From Breznakia sp. PF5-3 (lineage in GTDB: Bacteria; Bacillota_I; Bacilli_A; Erysipelotrichales; Erysipelotrichaceae), in NCBI RefSeq assembly GCF_029504745.1, contig NZ_JAQFIQ010000009.1, positions 1 through 32,000 of the forward strand: a stretch of DNA of 32,000 nt, given 5' to 3'. The translations under genes and the position numbers were made by a program. The notes under the pieces were generated by a model. That model worked only from the letters and a program-made list of their open reading frames with translations, made no database searches and was not told the origin of the DNA. Positions 28,036 through 32,000 of the stretch are shown here, piece by piece. Position 1 is the stretch's first letter. Each line of letters opens with the position of its first letter.

Positions 28036-28128
28036 TTTCCACCCATATTTACACATAATTAGTATTAAAATTATCGTATTTAAATTCATAAAATAACATA
28101 GATTTTTGTTAACCAAATCTTAACAGAG

Positions 28129-28167
28129 AATGTGAGCATATTATTGTTGTGCTCACATTTTATTTGT
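28129..28167 (+). terminator. Rho-independent terminator about 95 nt downstream of the M18 aminopeptidase gene
   Basis: AATGTGAGCA (28129-28138) / TGCTCACATT (28150-28159) 10-bp stem with an 11-nt loop, followed by TTTATTT. Confidence 0.75.
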
Positions 28168-28274
28168 TATATTATAGATGAGGAAAGGATACTAGAGTGT
28201 TAATTTGCTGTATTCCTTTCTTTCGTAAGTAGTCTTTTTGGAAGGAGACTAGAATCTCAGGGAAGGGGTATTTT

Positions 28275-29411
28275 ATGAAAAAGAGAATAGGTATTTTATT
28301 AGTGGTTTTTGGTGTTTTATTTAGCATGACATTTGCTTACGATTACTTTGGTTTTGGTAATAGAATTGAGGCAGATACAAGTGAGGTTAACCATATGGAG
28401 TTAACTCTTGAATATGCAAAGAGTGAAGGTGTCGAAAAAGCAATTGAAGACAAAATGCAAACTGAGGGCAAGAAAGTAATTGCATTAGAAAATGTAAACA
28501 TCAGTAATTTCGCATTAAATAATTTACATAGGCAATATCGTGTGGAAACAGTTGGTATTGCAAATTATATGCAATATCAAGAAGATCAAATTGCAGAAAA
28601 TGTATATATTGTTGATGTTGAAATGAAAGATACAAAAGCTCCAATTATCAAAGGTAGCAATGTTACAATTGCTCAAGATGGAGATTTTGATATCAGTGCT
28701 TTAAAAATTCATGCATATGATGTAGTGGATGGGGATTTGGATTATGAGGTTGTCGAAAATCCTGTTGATACATCAACTGCTGGAACTTATAAAGTAGTGG
28801 TTGAAGCAAAAGATGCAAATGGACTAAAAACTAGAAAAAGCTTTACAGTTACGGTTGAAACTGTAAATGATGCTGGAGGTTATGTAGAAGATACAAGTTA
28901 TCAAGAATATACATATACTCCACAAGTTGTTCAAGCGTTAGATCGTTCAAACTTAAATGTACGTGGATGGAAAGTGGTTGCAAACGATTCACGTGTATCA
29001 GATGATGTAATTCGTTCTTATATGAATGAACTACAAAATTTACCAGGACAATATAACACATCTCATTTTACAACAATCTATATTGACTTGTCGTTGTCTT
29101 ATCCTTATTTAGGGATGGCATATGGAGATGGTAAAATTGTATTGAATGGTAGTGGTTATTATGCAACTACATTATTACATGAAGCAACACATACATATGA
29201 TTTCGCAAGAGGTTTCTCAAGCGATTCAAGGTTGCAAGCAGCAAGGAATGCTGAGTTAGGAAGATTACCTGCAAAGTTTAGTGGAAACATTAATGATGAC
29301 GCTTATGAATGGGTTGCAAACATAGTAGTTTATTACTATTATGACCCTGCAACTTTGAGGGCAAATGCACCTAAATCATATGCATTTGTAAGAGATGTAA
29401 TTTTAAGATAA
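28275..29411 (+). CDS. Secreted/anchored protein with Ig-like domain and C-terminal HExxH zinc-metallopeptidase-like domain (lethal-factor/ATLF-like, M34-related)
   Basis: N-terminal signal/anchor MKKRIGILLVVFGVLFSMTFA. The Ig-like segment is at about 28629-28859 (DTKAPII...YDVVDGDLDYEVV...AGTYKVVVEAKDANGLKTRKSFTVTVE). HEATH is at 29178-29192, with a Glu 39 residues after the second His in DDAYEWVANIVVYYYYD...APKSYAFV. GGGAAGGGG lies 6 nt before the ATG. The family assignment is from remembered signatures, not a search. Confidence 0.55.
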   Translation: MKKRIGILLVVFGVLFSMTFAYDYFGFGNRIEADTSEVNHMELTLEYAKSEGVEKAIEDKMQTEGKKVIALENVNISNFALNNLHRQYRVETVGIANYMQYQEDQIAENVYIVDVEMKDTKAPIIKGSNVTIAQDGDFDISALKIHAYDVVDGDLDYEVVENPVDTSTAGTYKVVVEAKDANGLKTRKSFTVTVETVNDAGGYVEDTSYQEYTYTPQVVQALDRSNLNVRGWKVVANDSRVSDDVIRSYMNELQNLPGQYNTSHFTTIYIDLSLSYPYLGMAYGDGKIVLNGSGYYATTLLHEATHTYDFARGFSSDSRLQAARNAELGRLPAKFSGNINDDAYEWVANIVVYYYYDPATLRANAPKSYAFVRDVILR

Positions 29412-29442
29412 AACATTTAAAAAGGGCATACAAAAGTAAGCC

Positions 29443-29495
29443 TAAAACAATTAAAAAGGATATCAACTCAACAATGAGAAGATATCCTTTTTTTT
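29443..29495 (+). terminator. Terminator module, copy 1 of a duplicated 50-nt element
   Basis: AAAGGATATC (29455-29464) / GATATCCTTT (29481-29490) flanks an inner CTCA/TGAG stem and ACAA tetraloop. An A-run lies 5' and an 8-nt T-run lies 3'. About 30 nt past the stop at 29411. Confidence 0.8.
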
Positions 29496-29600
29496 GATTA
29501 AATCCATATCGAAACGACACAAGTGGTTAAAAGGTAGAAGTGAACTTTGTGTAGTAAGTATTATATTTAACCTAGTAATTATCACAATTTATCAGCCATT

Positions 29601-29630
29601 TTTACCAATTTTCACACAAGTAAATATTAT
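29601..29630 (+). promoter_or_regulatory. Candidate promoter of the lipoprotein gene
   Basis: TTTACC (29601-29606), 18-nt spacer, TATTAT (29625-29630). GAGGGAGG lies before ATG 29693. Confidence 0.3.
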
Positions 29631-29692
29631 TATGATATGATTTTGGTATCAGATTAAAACTGGATAAATATTAGTGTGAGAAGAGGGAGGAA

Positions 29693-30070
29693 ATGAAAAT
29701 AATTTTAAATAAGAAAATAGGAGTGTTAATATTCTTCTGTCTAACTTTAGGTATTTTGCTAGGGTGTGAACCAAATTTAGAATTCTCTTATAAGGATATT
29801 GTTAAGGTTAATGGTAATTATTATGAAAGAACAGAAGAGATTAGTAAATCGATTTCAGGTAACAAAATTGGGGAAGTGAAGTATAGAACGCCAAAGACGG
29901 ATGGGAAATATGAATATCAAGATTTTGAAGCTAGTAAACTTGATGAAGGAACAGAACTTTATTTTGCTAAGGAGGAAAGCTATATATATGTAAAGTATAC
30001 AACATCCAAAGGAGAGGTGTTTATTAAATATGTGCTAATACCATCAGAAGATATCTTTCTAAATGAATAG
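29693..30070 (+). CDS. Small lipoprotein of unknown function
   Basis: 125 aa. The signal peptide has lipobox LLG-C (Cys codon at 29765-29767). Strong GAGGGAGG SD. The mature part is rich in Lys/Glu/Tyr and predicted beta-type. No family recognised. Confidence 0.7.
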   Translation: MKIILNKKIGVLIFFCLTLGILLGCEPNLEFSYKDIVKVNGNYYERTEEISKSISGNKIGEVKYRTPKTDGKYEYQDFEASKLDEGTELYFAKEESYIYVKYTTSKGEVFIKYVLIPSEDIFLNE

Positions 30071-30092
30071 GGTTGTAACGCAAAGGGTGTTG

Positions 30093-30147
30093 TAAAACAA
30101 TTAAAAAGGATATCAACTCAATAATGGGAAGATATCCTTTTTATGGA
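30093..30147. terminator. Bidirectional terminator, copy 2 of the duplicated 50-nt element
   Basis: Same sequence as 29443-29492 shifted by exactly 650 nt, with 2 substitutions. A- and T-runs lie on both sides. It sits between the convergent lipoprotein gene (+) and the PAQR gene (-). Confidence 0.8.
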
Positions 30148-30164
30148 TTCTATTAAGAATGTTT

Positions 30165-30815
30165 TCACATGAAGAACACAATTGCAATAAAATGTGTAGC
30201 AGAAGCAAATATAATAAACATATGCCATATAGAGTGAGCAAATTTCCATTTACGAGAATAGAAATATGCACCAATAGAATATAAGATTCCGCCAACGACA
30301 ATTAAGGATAAGAAAAGAGGACTTGCATTTTGGAGTAATGCAGGGATAAAGAATACTGCAGTCCAACCCATAACTAAATAGATAGTCAATGATAATTTAG
30401 GTAAACTCTTTTTAGAAAGGGATTTATATAGGATTCCAATAAGAACCATAGCCCATTGTACAATTAAGATGATAATACCTTCAATTCCTTGAATTAAGCA
30501 AAGTGCAATAGGCGTATAGCTACCAGCAATTGCAAAATATATAAAGATATGATCTAAAATACGAAATACAACTTTGTGAGGACTGTCAAAAGCCATAGCA
30601 TGATACAAAGTTGATACTAAAAACATCATGAAAATACAGATTGTAAAGACACTGACACCAAATGCTCGTAAGGTCCCTCCAACTGTATAAGAATATACCG
30701 CAGCTGCTGGAATAAGCGCTAACATGATGAAAGCCATAACACCATGAGAAACACAATTGAACACTTCTTCGCCAAATGATAGTTTTAATAAATCTTTCAT
30801 TCCATTTCTTCTCAT
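30165..30815 (-). CDS. trhA: PAQR / hemolysin-III family integral membrane protein (TrhA/YplQ-like)
   Basis: 216 aa with seven predicted TM helices. Conserved His-containing motifs are present (NCVSHGV, STLYHA, HxxxH-like HSIWHMF near the C-terminus). GAGGTGGG lies 6 nt upstream of the ATG at 30815. Confidence 0.85.
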   Translation of the reverse strand: MRRNGMKDLLKLSFGEEVFNCVSHGVMAFIMLALIPAAAVYSYTVGGTLRAFGVSVFTICIFMMFLVSTLYHAMAFDSPHKVVFRILDHIFIYFAIAGSYTPIALCLIQGIEGIIILIVQWAMVLIGILYKSLSKKSLPKLSLTIYLVMGWTAVFFIPALLQNASPLFLSLIVVGGILYSIGAYFYSRKWKFAHSIWHMFIIFASATHFIAIVFFM

Positions 30816-30910
30816 TATTTACCCACCTCATTATTATTAAAATTAATATCACTATTGTATTCCTTATTGTCATAAAGGTCAAATTTAATAACGTATTCAA
30901 TAGAAACTAT

Positions 30911-30918
30911 GATATAAT
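30911..30918 (+). promoter_or_regulatory. Candidate -10 element (GATATAAT) for smc
   Basis: TATAAT at 30913-30918, 25 nt upstream of ATG 30944, with GGAGG at 30934-30938. Confidence 0.35.
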
Positions 30919-30943
30919 ATTTTAGTGAAGTTTGGAGGTTTTT

Positions 30944-32000
30944 ATGTTTCTTAAAAGAGTAGAGTTACAAGGGTTTAAATCGTTTGCTGATAAGACAGTA
31001 ATTGAGTTTGAGAATGATGTAACTGGAATCGTAGGACCAAATGGATGTGGAAAAAGCAATGTAAATGATGCTATCCGCTGGGTATTAGGTGAACAGAGTG
31101 CAAAATCATTGCGTGGTTCGAATATGAGCGACGTTATTTTTTCTGGTTCACAAGGAAGAAAAGCGATTAATATGGCAGAAGTTACATTGGTGTTTGATAA
31201 TACCAAAAAACATTTCGATGTAGAATTTGAAGAAGTGGCTATAACCCGCCGATTGTTTCGAAATAGCGGAGAGGCTGAGTATTTAATAAATAATACGCCA
31301 TGCCGTCTAAAAGATGTTGTAAACATGGTTATGGATAGTGGATTGGGAAGAGATTCTTTGTCTGTTATATCACAAGGAAATATTCAAAGTTTTGTAGAAT
31401 CTCGTCCAGAGGATCGTCGTGCATTATTTGAAGAGGCGGCAGGAGTTGCTAAATATAAAAAACGTAAGAATGAGTCTTTAAATAAGTTGAACCGCACACA
31501 AGAGAATTTATTACGTGTAGAAGATATTGTAGAAGAATTAGAAGCTAGGGTAAATCCCCTAAAAAGGCAAGCTAAGAAAGCAGAAACATATCTTGAGAAA
31601 AAGAAGACATTGGAAACAATTGAAATCAGTGTTATCGTTGATGAAGTTCAATCATATAATTCTAAAATTGAAGAATTAAAGAATAAGTCTTTTGAAAACG
31701 AATCACAAAGAGCGATTGCGGAAACAACAATTCAAGTTGAAGATCAAAAGAATCAAGAGGATCGTCAAGAGATGTCAGTATTGGATAGTGAGGTTCATAA
31801 GTTACAAAATGAGTTTATGAATGTCGTGAATGAAATTTCTACATTGGATGCACGAAAGACGGAAATTGATGAAAAACGTAAATATACAATGGAATATGCT
31901 AGTGATGCAGAACGTATTGTAGAGTTGAAGAAAATGCTTGATGAAGCAAAATATGAATATGAAGATCGTGAAAAAAGATTAAAAGATTTAGATATTGATT
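30944..32000 (+). CDS. smc: Chromosome partition protein SMC (N-terminal part, truncated by the window end)
   Basis: Not in the ORF track because no stop is reached. My translation reads MFLKRVELQGFKSFADKTVIEFENDVTGIVGPNGCGKSNVNDAIRWVLGEQSAKSLRG (SMC Walker A head). An uninterrupted coiled-coil-type sequence continues to position 32000. Confidence 0.93.
   Translation, partial: MFLKRVELQGFKSFADKTVIEFENDVTGIVGPNGCGKSNVNDAIRWVLGEQSAKSLRGSNMSDVIFSGSQGRKAINMAEVTLVFDNTKKHFDVEFEEVAITRRLFRNSGEAEYLINNTPCRLKDVVNMVMDSGLGRDSLSVISQGNIQSFVESRPEDRRALFEEAAGVAKYKKRKNESLNKLNRTQENLLRVEDIVEELEARVNPLKRQAKKAETYLEKKKTLETIEISVIVDEVQSYNSKIEELKNKSFENESQRAIAETTIQVEDQKNQEDRQEMSVLDSEVHKLQNEFMNVVNEISTLDARKTEIDEKRKYTMEYASDAERIVELKKMLDEAKYEYEDREKRLKDLDID

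Noticed and set aside
28181-28274. Possible c-di-GMP riboswitch upstream of the HExxH protein gene, by analogy with PPEP-1
   Set aside because: I cannot find the conserved GEMM-I sequence blocks as I remember them (for example GGCAAAC and ACGCAAAGCC). It is kept only as a generic structured leader pending a covariance-model scan.
30165-30815. Hemolysin III as a virulence factor linked to the neighbouring protease
   Set aside because: PAQR/TrhA-type proteins are widespread membrane-homeostasis proteins. The gene is convergent, separately terminated, and conserved-looking next to smc.
30922-31326. 134-aa minus-strand ORF at the start of smc, and the 104-aa ORF at 30586-30900
   Set aside because: The + strand encodes a textbook SMC head (GPNGCGKSN). 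The 30586-30900 ORF is an alternative frame overlapping the PAQR gene and the intergenic promoter region.
1-32000. Search for CRISPR arrays, tRNA/rRNA genes, IS elements, prophage or defence-system genes
   Set aside because: There are no direct-repeat/spacer arrays and no cloverleaf-capable segments in the short intergenic gaps. I saw no transposase, terminal inverted repeats, or nuclease/ATPase gene pairs of unknown function. All gaps longer than 100 nt are accounted for as leaders, promoters or terminators.

Overview
AT-rich chromosomal core region of a low-GC Gram-positive (Bacillota-type) bacterium. I call 33 protein genes, all but two on the + strand, tightly packed with many ATGA or TAATG start/stop overlaps. 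The order resembles condensed Bacillus synteny. It runs ispG(-), a class B PBP, rpmG (a 49-aa gene missing from the ORF track) and an MBL hydrolase. Next come a complete comGA-GG competence pseudopilus operon, then rpsP-khpA-rimM-trmD-rplS-lepB-rbgA-rnhB, dprA-topA-trmFO-xerC and rpsB-tsf-pyrH-frr-uppS-cdsA-dxr-rseP. Two aminopeptidase genes (M24B, M18) follow, then a small accessory islet at about 28.0-30.2 kb, then a PAQR/hemolysin-III gene (-) and the 5' part of smc. No rRNA, tRNA, CRISPR array, IS element or phage module is visible. I do not see a convincing novel multi-gene system. The only non-housekeeping segment is the islet. It encodes a secreted protein (signal anchor, Ig-like domain, C-terminal HExxH domain resembling the lethal-factor/ATLF M34-like family) and an orphan lipoprotein. 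The lipoprotein cassette is bracketed by two near-identical 50-nt terminator modules exactly 650 bp apart. Secondary observations are candidate structured leaders upstream of rplS and rpsB, a roughly 100-aa charged C-terminal tail on S2, a short DprA, and several very short-leader extended -10 promoters. All functional calls rest on motifs read from the translations and on gene order. No database search was possible.
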